A DNA stretch of 64,000 nt from Mobula birostris (taxonomy: Eukaryota): assembly GCF_030028105.1 (NCBI RefSeq), contig NC_092389.1, positions 17,843,180 through 17,907,179 of the forward strand, given 5' to 3'. The position numbers and the translations under genes were made by a program. This document shows, one piece after another, positions 37,679 through 50,267 of this stretch. Under the pieces are notes generated by a model. It was not told the DNA's origin, made no database searches, and saw nothing but the letters and a program-made list of their open reading frames with translations. Numbering within the stretch: the first letter of the stretch is position 1; every line of letters starts with the position of its first letter.

Positions 37679-38986
37679 TGTCATAAGGCGGTGGCTGGGA
37701 ACAGACCCAAGTGCAAGACACAGACACTGAAGTACCAGGGACAGGACTAGGATACAGGGTGAGGGCAAGGAAATGGACACAAAAACCGGGAACCCGGAAC
37801 AGGACTGGACAAGAGAGCTAGGAGCCCGGGCTTGGACTCTGAGCCAGAGACTGGACAAGAGAGCTAGAAGCCCGTGCTTGGACTCCGAGCCAGAGACTGG
37901 ACAAGGACCCAGTACCTGGGTCTTGCCTCTGGTTCGGACCCCAGAGCTAGGCAAGGATGAGGCTTGGCAGGAGGCTGGAGGCTGGAGACTTGAGGCGAGG
38001 CTTGGCAGGAGGCAGGAGGCTGGATTCTTCAGGCTTGAGGCTAGAGGCTAGAAACCTGGCTTGGCAGGAGGCAGGAGGCTGGAGTCTTCAGGCTTGAGGC
38101 TAGAGGCTAGAGAATTTGAGGCGAGGCTTGGCGGAAGGATGGAGGCTGGAGACGAGGCAAGGCTTGGCAGGAGGATGGAGGCTGGAGTCTTCAGGCTTGA
38201 GGCTAGGCAGGAGGCTGGAGTCTTCAGGCTTGAAGCTAGGCAGGAGGCTGGAGTCTTCAGGTTTGAAGCTAGGCAGGAGGCTGGAGTCTTCAGGCTTGAG
38301 GCTAGGCAGGCTCCTCCTGGGCAGGGCGCGGTTCACCTGGGCAGGGCGCGGTACTCCTGGGCAGGGCACGGATCGCCGCCCGACGGAGGCATGGGACAGG
38401 AAGGGACAGAACCAACCACAGGTAACGGCAAGGCGGCCTGGCTTACCCGACGGAGGCAAGGGACAAGAAGGGAGCTAGGTACAGGGTGGCTCCAGGACAA
38501 GACTGCAGGCAAGACGAGGCGAGAGTTACCAGCAAGACAAGGCAAGGCTTCAGGTAATGCAAGACGAGATGAGAACTTCAGATGAGGCGGGAGTTACCGG
38601 CAAGACAAGGCAAGGCTTCAGGCAATGCAAGGCAAGATGAGAACTTCAGATGAGGCGGGAGTTACCGGCAAGACAAGGCAAGGCTTCAGGCAATGCAAGG
38701 CAAGATGAGAACTTCAGGCGAGGCGAGAGTTATTGGCAAGACAAGGCAGGGCTTCAGGCCAGGAAACAGAAGGCAGGGGAAGGGATACAAGGAGTAAGGA
38801 CAAGAACAATCCAGCAGCCGCGTCCTGGTCTCTGAAGGTATTTATGCAGCCTGCCCCAACAAGCATCAGCTGCCTCAAATTAGAACTCAACAAGAACAGA
38901 AACAGGGTAGACAGGAAAACCTGGAGCGAGGGTCGATGGACCGGACCGTGAACTGGAATACGGACTTCACGGACTGGACTATGACA
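37679..38986. mobile_element. Solo LTR (Gypsy-type) with internal tandem arrays
   Basis: Termini TGTCATA...TATGACA; 5-bp flanks ATTTG/ATCTG. Confidence 0.8.
37960..38760. repeat. Tandem arrays inside the LTR: 33-bp unit (starts 38206, 38239, 38272) and 68-bp unit (starts 38532, 38600, 38668)
   Basis: GGCAGGAGGCTGGAGTCTTCAGGCTTGAGGCTA repeats and GCAAGACAAGGCAAGGCTTCAGG... repeats. Confidence 0.85.
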
Positions 38987-40134
38987 ATCTGGGATTGCAA
39001 TAATCTGTAATGTCCTTAGATTAATGGTGATTTATACATTTCAACAAGCTTTGCAACTGTACGACCATGTTTGAGTGAAAAAAGAAGATAAACAGGAAGA
39101 TAATATTTCATAAAAAAATTCCCAGAGTGCAAAAGTATTTGAAAACTGAAGAAATCAACCATAAGACATGCACTTATACAACCTACATCCAGGGCCCATC
39201 TAAGAAAGGAATTTATAATCCTCTGAGTTTAAGAAATTGGTCTGGGCTTATATTCGATTGGGTTTCAAGCTTCACACTACCCACATATGTATGTTGGCTG
39301 CAAGAGTATGACAATTGGTCCAAATCTTCCATTAGAATAGTTCTAGTAGACAGTGATGCCATTCACGGCCTGAAAAACATCTTGTTAATTGTGTGAAATG
39401 CTGTCTTGGGAACCAGCAAAGTTAATAAAGGAATTGTAATATCAGAGCGCTCTTGTTCTTTCTAGGGGACAAAATAAAGCATGTAAAAACCTTTGGCTTG
39501 CTTCTTTGGTAGAAATCTCATCAAACTTTAAGGAGTTTCCTTGCTTAAAACCGAAAGAGAAGACACACAAGGCAAAAGTTTGATTGATAGATCTTTAGAT
39601 CTTCAGATCTTCTTGTTCAATGATCCTTTGAGATGGAGGATGACTTACTTTCATTCCGGTTTTGTAAGTTCTGATATGTCTGGTGAGACCAATGGCTGAA
39701 CAGTAGATTTCTTCACTAGTGAGGTAGGTGATACTTGGAGAAGCAGTTAGATGGGTGGTTTGTGAGGACCTTTCCATCATCTTTACAAGAACTTTGGGTG
39801 CTCTTAGTGCCTGGTTTTGATATTTTAAGTAAATCCCAATAGATCCTTCTTCACCTTGAGTTGTACTGCGTCAGTGATTCTCAGAAGTTACTGCAATTCT
39901 CTGAGAAGGCAATGATGGATAGCGCTGAGAAATGGCGACTCTTTGCATGCAGCTCCAAAAGGACTCATCAAATATTCCCATTTACAACTAGTACAGCTGA
40001 AATTCATAGCCACAGCCGTAGGTACTTCAGTAAGCAACATTGTTTTAAGACTTTTATAAATTCTATCAATCTCAAAATTGATGGACCTTGGATGGAGACT
40101 CAGGTTATGTAGATCCCCTTTAAGATAAAGGAAA

Positions 40135-40420
40135 TGAGGAAATCTTGCTGGTTGTCAAGTACAATTGAAACACAGAGTTCTTAGACCTCCATTCCTTACT
40201 ATTCTGCTGCCAAATGTACACTCTCTGGATAATAAAACTGAAGACCTCAGACCAGGATTACAGTATCAGAAAGACATCAAGAACTGCTGTGTACTTTGCT
40301 TCATGGAAACGTGGCTATCCCCCAGCATTTCCCCCAAAGCCTTCACCATCCACCATAAATACAGGAAAGTAGGGTCTTTTAGAAGTACAGGAGGCAGAGT
40401 ATGCTTCATGATTGGATAAC
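40135..40420 (+). mobile_element. Rex1/Babar 5' AP-endonuclease fragment
   Basis: TILLPNVHSLDNKTEDLR...CCVLCFMETWL. Confidence 0.75.
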
Positions 40421-40544
40421 TGTGGTAGCGTAATGGTTAGTACGATGCAATTACAGCTTGGGCATTAGAATTCAGATTGTAACTCTAGCATCCTCAAATT
40501 AGTATGTTCTTTCTCGTGTGCTTGTGGGTTTCCTCCACATGAGA

Positions 40545-41400
40545 ACTATAGTTTTTTGTTAGTTTTTAGATTGTAAGTTAAAAGGCTACTTGGTCTGCAG
40601 TCACTCTCGTCATTATCAGATCTTTCAGTATACACATTAGTGTTCTTTTTGAAACTGCAACTTCACTTTTAATCTTTTTCTCTTCCCTATGCCATCCATT
40701 TATTTTTGTCTGCCTGACGTGTGTTGTACTTAGTTGCATTTTCAGCAAGTTTCACCTTTAAACCTGCATTGGTCTGGTGTATGTGAGCCTCTGGCACAAC
40801 AATAACACAATTTGTTTGGCCAGGCAGCTTTCTGTTTAGATGTTGCAATTTTGTTCACACTAAATTTCATTCTTTCTCCAACTCAATTGCGTCTCTGTCT
40901 GCTATTTCCATTGATATAGTGATTTCAACTGCTCTTTTAAGTGTATGTTGTGCTGCATTTTTGTAAGATTCCACTAACTAGGTGATCTCTCAGTGCATAA
41001 ATAAGTCTATTACTGAACTGACAATGGTCAGACAATCTCTTCAATTCAGACACATACGCTGAAACGGACTCCCCTTCCTTTGATTCCGCTTATGAAACCT
41101 TAAAGCATTCTGCAATCACAATGGTTTTGCTTCTAAATGTTCTTGCATTACTTTCACAATATCAGCAAAGCTCATTTTGTCTGGTTTGGTTGGAGCAGTC
41201 AAACTTCTAAGGAATCTGTATACCTTTAAATCCAATGCGTTCAGCAAAATTAGCCTTTGCTTCTCATTGGCTATTTCATTTGCTTCAAAATACTGCTCAG
41301 TTTGTTCTACTCGACCATCTTTCTCTCCCCCTTCCAAAGAAAAAAACATGCTGCCCTTTTTTTTCACTTGAGCATCTTGCTACACTTTAACAGGTGGATG
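40545..41400 (-). mobile_element. Gypsy gag remnant, paralogous to 22215-23200
   Basis: EQYFEANEIANEKQ..ILLNAL..KVYRFLRSLTAPTKP; clear nucleotide similarity between the two copies. Confidence 0.85.
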
Positions 41401-41439
41401 CTTATTCAAACAATATATTTACAACTATTAAATACACTA

Positions 41440-41970
41440 CACTGTCTGGTTTGGAGCAGTCACTGCACAGGATCAAAAAGAGCTGCAGAAAGTTACAAAT
41501 TCAGCCAGCTCCATCATTGAAGATATCTTCAAAAGGTAATACTTGAAAAGGCCGCATCCATCATTAAGGACCTCAGTCACCCAGGCCATGCCCTCTTCGT
41601 ATTACTAATATCAAGGAAGGAGTACAGGAGCCGGAAGACACTCAACATTTCAGGAACAGTTTCTTCTCCACCATCAAATTTCTGAATGAACAATGACCCC
41701 ATGTACCCTACTTCACTATTCTTTTTCTATTTTGCACAACTTATTTAATTTAATTATATATATTCCCTTGCCATTCCCAACATCCTTTGCTGCTGCCAGA
41801 TTTACGAACTTGCTCCATTAGGTGCTATTGGTATGTGTGCCTACAACTTTTCCTATTGTAATGTATAGCTTTTATTGTTATGTATTGCAGTGTACTGCTG
41901 CCAAAAAATAACAAACTTCACGACATATGCCGATGATATTAAACCTGATTCGAATTCTGAATTTGATTCG
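41440..41970 (+). mobile_element. Rex1/Babar 3' end
   Basis: SIIKDLSHPGHALF...RNSFF, then a (CTGATT)-like tail. Confidence 0.75.
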
Positions 41971-43334
41971 GATAAAAGGAGTCTTGATTTTTTTTAAAAC
42001 CATCAACCTGGCCACGCCATTCTATGACACAGTGACTCCAATATGGGAATGATTTGCAGAGAACTGGGCATAACTAGGGCTCTAATATTTTGGTCTTGGA
42101 GAGGACACTGACATTGGTTTGTCGTTGAATTCGTTGGATTTTATGGAATCTTTTTTTTGTCGGTGTCTTGAGATTAAGAGAATCAGGGATCTGAACTTAA
42201 TGCAGCAAAATGATACTGATTTAAAAATTCCACCATGACTTAATTGAATGGAGGAACATGCAGAAGGGGACAAACAACCTACTCTTCCAACAATTTCTTA
42301 TGTTCTTATACACAATGTTTCTGTTGCATGGGGTTTTCAAAGAAAGGTGAAAATCTGTGTAAGTTATGCCGATATTAACCAAGTACAACACCCTGCAATC
42401 AAATCCATCCCAACAAGCAAATAAACTGTTATGTTAAATTCAATCAAGTAATTGACCTAAAATTGTGATCCTACTTTTATTCAAATGTCTTTGCTTGAGA
42501 ACTAAGGCAGTTCATGCATGTGCCTGTTGTGTGTTTTCGCAGCAATGCATGTTAATTAGACTTGTTTCAAGCCTGTGGTTGTGCTGATGATTATGGATAT
42601 ACAGTTGTGAAATTGTCATTATCTATGAGCAGTTTGCATGCAAATTCAAACACTAATGACAGCATATATTAATTGAGGCAGAAGGTAGTCATTTATTCCT
42701 GTCTCCTGATTGTCCATTTACAACAGACATGGTCAGTAATGGTACAATTAGCCATGGTAGCCTTTAATTGCAGCGTAGCCTTATCATTTAGAATGTTAAA
42801 CATAGTTTAATTACAAGAACAAATCTGAAACAGAATTGACTTTTGACACTTGCAGCTAACAAGTGGCAAAATAAAACCTGGTTCAGTGTTGTGACAAATG
42901 TGAGGAAAATGAAACAGAAGAGGAGAAAACCATACAACTCCTCAAGGCTGTTCCATCACTCTGTAGGAATGTGGTAGATCTTCTTGTCGAAGCATATATC
43001 TCATTCCTGATTCACAAATCCATTTGATTCCTTAGGATGCCAAAGAATCAGTCAAACTTGGTCCTGACTCTTATTAGTGACTGAGCATTCTCATCTCTCT
43101 GGAGTAGATAAATCCAAGGAATGACAACGTTTTGAGTGGAAGTATCTCTTCTCATCTTGGTACAAAATGACTATCTCCTTATCTAGAGACAATGCCCTTC
43201 ATGTTGCTTAATGTGATTGGATGAAGCAATGTGAAGCAGCATTATCATCATTCCCAGTAGTGATTCAGGCTATTTGTTATAAGACAATCACAAACAAAAA
43301 ATTGAGATATGAGCATTGATGACTTAAAGAGTGT

Positions 43335-43750
43335 AGGTAAATTTATTATTAAAGTATGTATACCATATACAACTTTGAGATTCATTTTCTTGCAGGGAAC
43401 CACTGGGAAATAAAGAAATACAATAGAACCCATGAGAAAACACACACAACAAAGACTGACAAGAATCTAATGTGCTAAAGAGGTCAAATTGAGCAAATAA
43501 TAATAAAAAATAAACAAATCACATGGAGAATGTGAGTTACAGAGACCTTGAAAGTGATTCCATGGTCTATGGAGTCAGTTCAGAGCTGAAGTGAGTGCAG
43601 CCATCCACGCTGGTCTAGGAGCCCCATGGTTGTAGGGCACCAACTGTTCTTGACCTGGTGGCATCAGCACCCAAACCTCCTGCGCCTCCCACCCAATGGT
43701 AGTAGTGAGAAGATGGGGAGATGGTTCGGACACACGCAGATGGGACTAAC
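43335..43750 (-). mobile_element. Rex1-like 3' end
   Basis: Same 3' UTR pattern as 25130-25200 and 50270-50350. Confidence 0.6.
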
Positions 43751-44519
43751 TCAGGTGGCGGATTGTGGCTGGCACAGAGAAGTGGGGCTGAACACTGCTT
43801 TCCGCTCGTGGGCCTTGACATTTTAATCTGGCTTGACATTTTAATTGGCACCCTCTCTTCCAGCAATAGCCATACCTGCATCCCTGAGAGTCAAGTTTAC
43901 TGAGTCCTTCAGGGGATTGTAAAGTCGCTGGTTCATTTAGACGGTTCAGATGTGTGTTTCTTAAAGGGAAATTACAGGCTGCAGATTGCAGTGAATATAG
44001 CTCAGAGGAAATATATCTGGTAGTTTTGTGAGCTGCCCACAAACCATCACTATATATCTCCAGCGACATCTTGTTGTGAGAGTTGGAACAGGTAAGTATC
44101 CAATCATAAAAAACCACTCCATTAACACATAGTTGGAAAATTATGAATGCTAATTAGCAAAGAAGAGACATGTAACCAAGGATTTGTTGAAAAGTTAAAC
44201 TACATCTAAAAATGGAGAAAACACATGAAGAAAGTTTAATATAATGTTATTAAGAACACAAAGACTGAATAATAAATCTGATTTTAAAACCAATAAACTG
44301 TGACAAACAAGACAATTGGAAATCTTAAATAATTGGATTGTTAAGCATATAACACAATTATACTTAATTATCTGATGTAATGTTTGATTTTTTAAAGAAC
44401 ATTTGTACAAAAGAGTATGTACAACTTTTTAAAACTTATTTGTAACGAATGCAGAACCTTTGCCTTAAGCCTCCTAGAGTAAACAGCAAATTAAATAACT
44501 AACAGTCTGGTTTTCATTC

Positions 44520-45005
44520 CCTAGCCAACCTAGTTTAAACCCTCCCCAACAGCTCTGACAAATATGCCCACAAGGTCATTAGATTCCTTGAATTCGGGCT
44601 GTAACCCATCGTTTTTGTGCAGGTCATAACTTCCCCAGAAGAGATTCCAATTATCCGCATTTTTGAAACCTTGTCTCATGCACCAATTCCTCAACTGTGC
44701 ATTCATCTGCCAAATCATTCTATTCTTACCTCACTGGTGCCTGGCATCAACAGTAATCAGACATTACTACCCTGAAGTCCTGCTTTTCAGCTTTCTCCCT
44801 AGCTCTCTGTATTCACTCTTCAGGACTTCATTCTTTTTCCTAGCCATGTCGTTGGTATCAATATTTACCACAAATTATGGCTGCTCCCTTCCCCCTTAAA
44901 AATGCGGTGGACATGATCTGAGATGTTCACCTGGGAGGTAACATTCCATCCAAGTGAATGTTACATTGGCATACATTGAATGTCTTGTCTGTTCCCTTAA
45001 CTATT
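44520..45005 (-). mobile_element. CR1 ORF1 (SGNH/GDSL esterase-like) remnant
   Basis: IWQMNAQLRNWCMRQGF...W.LFWG..DL...DGL...GEGLN*. Confidence 0.75.
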
Positions 45006-45224
45006 GAATTCTTCACTGCCACATGCTCTTTTTTTCACAGTACAGTCCTAAAAAAGGGAAATTGTAAAGCATGAAAAACTAAAAATTCAAAACCTGAAAT
45101 GTCAGCACTTCAAAAGTATTCATCCCTCTTTGCTCAGTATTTAGTTGAACCAACTCTTGAAGCTATTACAGCCAGTAGTCTTTTTGGATAATTCTCTATT
45201 AACTTTGCACAATGTGATGGAGCT

Positions 45225-45625
45225 GTCATGGTCCTGATCACTAATTCCCTATCTTTCTCCTAATTTCCTTTGATTGTGCCACGGTTCGGACCGTTAATTT
45301 CCCATTTGCTTCTAATTCTCTTTGATGACGCCACACCTGGTTTCCATCAAGACCTGCAGCGTAAGAACCCTGGCGTTACAACTACTAGTCGCCAGATCGT
45401 TGGTTTTGCCTGTGTGGTGATTAACGTTTCCTGGCCGCTTAGGACTGTGTGCCCTAAGCTTTGCTCCAGTTTCAAGGTTTACCTATGAAGCTCCGTCTCT
45501 CTGTGTTAAGGCTCCATATCAAGATCCCTCCTGTTTGCTGTTCAACGCTCATGTCCACGTAAGCATCCTAACTCAATCTCCGTGCCTGTGTCCTGCACTT
45601 GGGTTTGCTTCATTCGCTCATGGCA
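45225..45625. mobile_element. Solo LTR inserted in the Tc1
   Basis: Termini TGTCATG...CATGGCA; tgcacttgggt motif near one end, as in the 37679 LTR. Confidence 0.6.
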
Positions 45626-46313
45626 AGATTTGGCCATTCCTCCTTTCAAAATTGCTCAAGCTGTGCCAGGATAGTTGGGGATTGCAGGTGGACAGCAATC
45701 TTGAAGTCTTGCGAGAGATGTTCAATTGGGTTAAGGTCAGGATTCTGACTGGGTTACTCAAACACATCAATTTTCTTCATTTGAAGCCACTCCATGGTTG
45801 CTCTGGCAGTGCGTTTTCACTTGTTGTCTTGTTAAAAGATGAATTTTCTCCTCGGAATTATCTCGCAGAGGCTAGCAGGTTTTTATTCAGAATGTCTTAT
45901 TTTTAGCAGCAGTCATCTTCTCATCAATCCTGACCAGGTTTCCAGTCCATCCTGCTGAAAAGCATTCTCATAGCATGATTCTACCTCCACTATACTTTAC
46001 AGTAGGGAAGGTGTTACCTGGCTGATGTGCAGTATTAGATTTACACCCTACGTACCGCTTAGTGTTGAGGCCAAAAAGTTCCACTTTTGTCTCATCTGAT
46101 CACCATACCTTATTCCACATCTTTGCAGCATCTTCTAAGTAACACCTTGCAAAGTCTTTATGGCCAAGGGTATGCCTTTTTTAGCCAGGGATTCTTCTTG
46201 CCACTTTTTCATAAATACCCTTTTCATGCAAGGCCTCAGAGAGGAGCCATGAACTTCATCTCCAGTTGCAGCCACTGAGAGCGACTGTTGGCATCACAGT
46301 AGCCTCTCTTACA

Positions 46314-48733
46314 GTCAGAATCAGAATCAGGTTTATTATCACTGGCATGTGTCATGAAATTTGTTAACTTATTGCAGCAGTTCAATGCAACACATAATAT
46401 AGAAGAAAGAGAAAAAAATAACAAATACATAGGTAAATCAATTACAGTATATGTATATTGAATAGATTAAAAATTGTGCAAAAACAGAAATAATATACTG
46501 TATATTAAAAAAGTGAAGTAGTGTTCAAGGGTTCAATGTCTAATTAGGAATCGGATGGCAGAGGGGAAGAAGCTGTTCCTGAGTCGCTGAGTGTGTGCTT
46601 TCAGGCTTCTGTACCTCCTACCTGATGGTAACAGTGAGAAAAGAGCATGACCTGGGTGCTGGGGGCCCTTAATAATGGACACTGCCTTTCTGAGACACTG
46701 CTCCCTGAAGATGTCCTGGGTACTTCGTAGGCTATAGTACCCAAGATGGAGCCGACTAAATTTACAACCCTCTGCAGCTCCTTTCCATCCTGTGCAGTAG
46801 CACCCCATACCAGAGAGTGATACAGCTTTTCAGAATGCTCTCCACGGTACATCTATAGAAGTTTTTGAGTGTTTTTGTTGACAAACCAAATCTCTTCAAA
46901 CTCTTAATGAAGTACAGTCATTGTCCTGCCTTCCTTATAACTGCATCAATATGTTGGGACCAGGTTAGGTCCTCAGAGATCTTGACACTCAGGAATTTGA
47001 AACTGTTCACTCTCTCCACTTCTGATCCCTCTATGAAGATTGATATGTGTTTCTTCATCTTACCTTTCCTGAAATCCACAATCAGCTCTTTCGTCTTACT
47101 GACATTGAGTGCCAGGTTGTTGCTGCAGCACCACTCCACTAGTTGGCATATCTCACTCCTGTACACCCTCTTGTCACCACCTGAGATTCTACCAACAATG
47201 GTTGTAACATCAGCAAATTTATAGATGGTATTTAAGCTATGCCTAGCCACACAATCATGGGTATAGAGACAGTAGAGCAGTGGGCTAAGCACACACCCCT
47301 GAGGTGCACCAGTGTTGATCGTCAGTGAGGAGGAGATGTTATCACCAAGCTCCGCAGATTGTGGTCTTCCGGTTAGGAAGTGGAGGATCCAATTGCAGAG
47401 GGAGGTACAGAGGCCCAGGTTCTGTAATTTCTCAATCAGGATTGTGGGAATGATGGTGTTAAGTGCTGAGCTATAGTCGATGAACAGCATCTTGAGACAG
47501 GTGTTTGTGTTGTCCAGGTGGTCTAAAGCCGTGTGGAGAGCTATTGAGATTGTGTCTGCCATTGACCTATTGTGGCGATAGGCAAATTGCAATGGGTCCA
47601 AGTCCTTGCTGAGGCAGGAGTTCAGTCTAGTCATGACCAACCTCTCAAAGCATTTCATCACTGTCAATGTGAGTGCTACCGGGCGATAGTCATTAAGGCA
47701 GCTCACATTATTCTTCTTGGGCACTGGTATAATTGTTGCCTTTTTAAGGCAAGTGGGAACTTCTGCCTGTAGCAGTGACAGGTTGAAAATGTCCTTGAAT
47801 ACTCCCGCCAGTTGGTTGGCACAGGTTTTCAGAGCCTTACCAGGTACTCCATCGGGACCTTCCGCCTTGCGAGGGTTCACCCTTTTTAAAGACGGTCTAA
47901 CATCGGCCTTTGAGACAGAGATCACAGGGTCATCAGGTGCAGCAGGGATCTTCACAGCTGTAGTTGTATTCTCCCTTTCAAAGCGGGCATAGAAGGCGTT
48001 GAGTTCATCTGGTAGTGAAGCATCACTGCCATTCATACTGTTGGGTTTTGCTTTGTAGGAAGTAATGTCTTACAAACCCTGCCAGAGTTGTCGTGCATCT
48101 GATGTCACCTCCAACCTTGTTTGAAATTGTCTCTTCGCCCTTGAAATAGCCAACTGCAAATCATACCTGGTTTTCTGGTACAGGCCTGGGTCGCCATTCT
48201 TAATTGCCACAGATCTAACCTTCAGCAGATGATGTACCTCCTGGTTCATCCACGGCTTTTGGTTTGGGAATGTACAGTAAGTCTTTGTAGGCACATGCTC
48301 AACCATACAGGTTTTAATGAAGCTGGTAACAACTGCAGCATACATACTCATCCAGATTCGAAGATGAATCCCTGAATCCAGTCCACCAATTCAAAGCAGT
48401 CCTATAAGCGCTCCTGTGCTTCCCTTGTCCATACCTTCTTGGTCTTCACTGCTGGTGCTGCAGTCTTCAGTCTCTGCCTATACTCAAGGAGTAGAAGTAC
48501 AGCTAGGTGGTCAGACTTCCCGAAGTGAGGGTGTGGAATAACATGGTAGGCATTCTTGATGGTGGTGTAACAATGGTCCAGTGTGTTGTTTCCTCTAGTA
48601 TTGCAAGTGATCTGTTAATGGTAATTGCTTAGTGATTATTTCAGTCTGGCCTGTTTAAAATCCTCCAAAATAATGGTGAGGGCATTAGGGTGCGCTGTTT
48701 CGTGCATGTTGATGCCACTGCTCAGATCATCTA
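46314..48733 (-). mobile_element. Rex1/Babar element with a near-intact RT ORF (46918-48036) and partial APE
   Basis: [44 protein letters not shown] and KFADVTT; (GAATCA)n tail. Confidence 0.95.
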
Positions 48734-50267
48734 GTTCTACTCTTCACCGGTGACTAAGTTTAGAGGGACAGCCTGACCTAGGCAGTATGGCTGTGGTTTA
48801 ATATGTTTTCCACTATCTTGCAGTGGACTGCACTGAGCTCCGAGGTAAGTTCAGTGCTTTTGAGATGGTCTTATTTCCTTCCTCAGATTAGTATATCTCT
48901 ATTATAATTTCCCTGACTTGCCTCGAATGCTCTTTTGTCTTCATTTTGGTTTGAATTGTTGAAAATGTACCATACTGTTGGACCTCACAGAGAGAGGGGT
49001 TATTTACAGTATTCTTATGAATTTATTGAAAGCAGGTGATCCTCTAATTTTCTATGTCAATAAAATGAGTGAGTTTTTCAGCCTCACAATTTTGGTTTTT
49101 AAGTTTTTGTAAGTTGTTGACAGGTTTTGGAATTTTTCTTTTGATTTGACATGATGCACAATGTTTTGTAGATTAGCTCAAAAAATCCTACCCCAATATA
49201 TTTTAAATTTAGAAAATGAGACAGTAAAATGTGAAAATAGTTGTGTGGGCTGAATACTTTTGCAAGGCACTGTATAAAGAGAGTTGGGCTAATATTGGTT
49301 AGAGAACATTTCACAAAATATAATTTGTAATAACAGAATTTGTTGAAAGTTATAACATTGAAAACAAATTTGATGAGAAAAACCTGAAATTGCAGAACTC
49401 TTATGAAAATTTCTTATCTCATCTCCAGAGGAACTAATTCCCAGGACATCTTGTTATTTTATCTGTCAAACCATTTTAATATTTCACTTTTGAAATTACC
49501 CATTATATCACCACAGTTGGACTCTTAAGTCAGGATAGGTGGGTTATGATATGTGTAAAACAAGGGTGACTATATTTATACATATAGCCATATTACTTAA
49601 ATCATTGTTATATACTACAAAATTGCAGTGAAGTGAGTCAAAGGCAAACTATTTTATTTTGAACAAAAGAATACTTCGCTTGTGCTGCTGCATAATCCAA
49701 AAAATAAATATACAAATTATTTTCTGTAAGAAACTGAGTTGATATGATACTCATTTTAGTGAGAAAATATGCTTAAATTTTAAATGTCACAATTAACATG
49801 AACATGGATACATTTTTAGTATTATTATTGTCTTGAGCTGGCATCATTGTAAAGCACAGAACACTTCACCTCAATCTAAGCCTCCAATTGCAACAGTCTA
49901 AACTTTCTGTGTGATATATCTTCTGGCAGCTGTGAGATTACCTACCAATGTTCTTTCCTTCCCTGATAACTCATTTAGCTAAAATGCATTTTCTGCTAGA
50001 CTAAGTTTATGTGGATGTGATTCGTAAAAATGTAGGGAATGGTTAAGGCATTATAAGACAATTTAAACATCACAAATGTCATCCACAAAGAGGGCCATTG
50101 GGAGAAATAGGGGAATCTACTGGACTCATTCTGCTAAAAAAAATCTATTCATGGGAAATATAGGTGAGAACAAGTTTGTTCCAAGAAATATGGACAATTG
50201 GGAAAGTCAATTTCAACTTCCTTTTAACTTCCCTTTGACACTTTCTACCTGTTAGGTCTAGGATGTA

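Larger units (their letters stand above)
45060..49274 (-). mobile_element. Decayed Tc1/mariner element hosting two later insertions
   Basis: Right TIR (reverse complement) TA-CAGTGCCTTGCAAAAGTATTCA at 49251-49274; inner direct repeat aaaagtattca at about 45112; transposase-type sequence at 45630-46310 and 48735-48950. Confidence 0.8.

Noticed and set aside
38061-38585. Repetitive 174-aa ORF (EARQEAGVFRL)n
   Set aside because: Artefact of a 33-bp minisatellite inside a solo LTR.
37960-38760. Regularly spaced repeats resembling a CRISPR array
   Set aside because: Units are contiguous with no unique spacers; vertebrate context with no cas genes.
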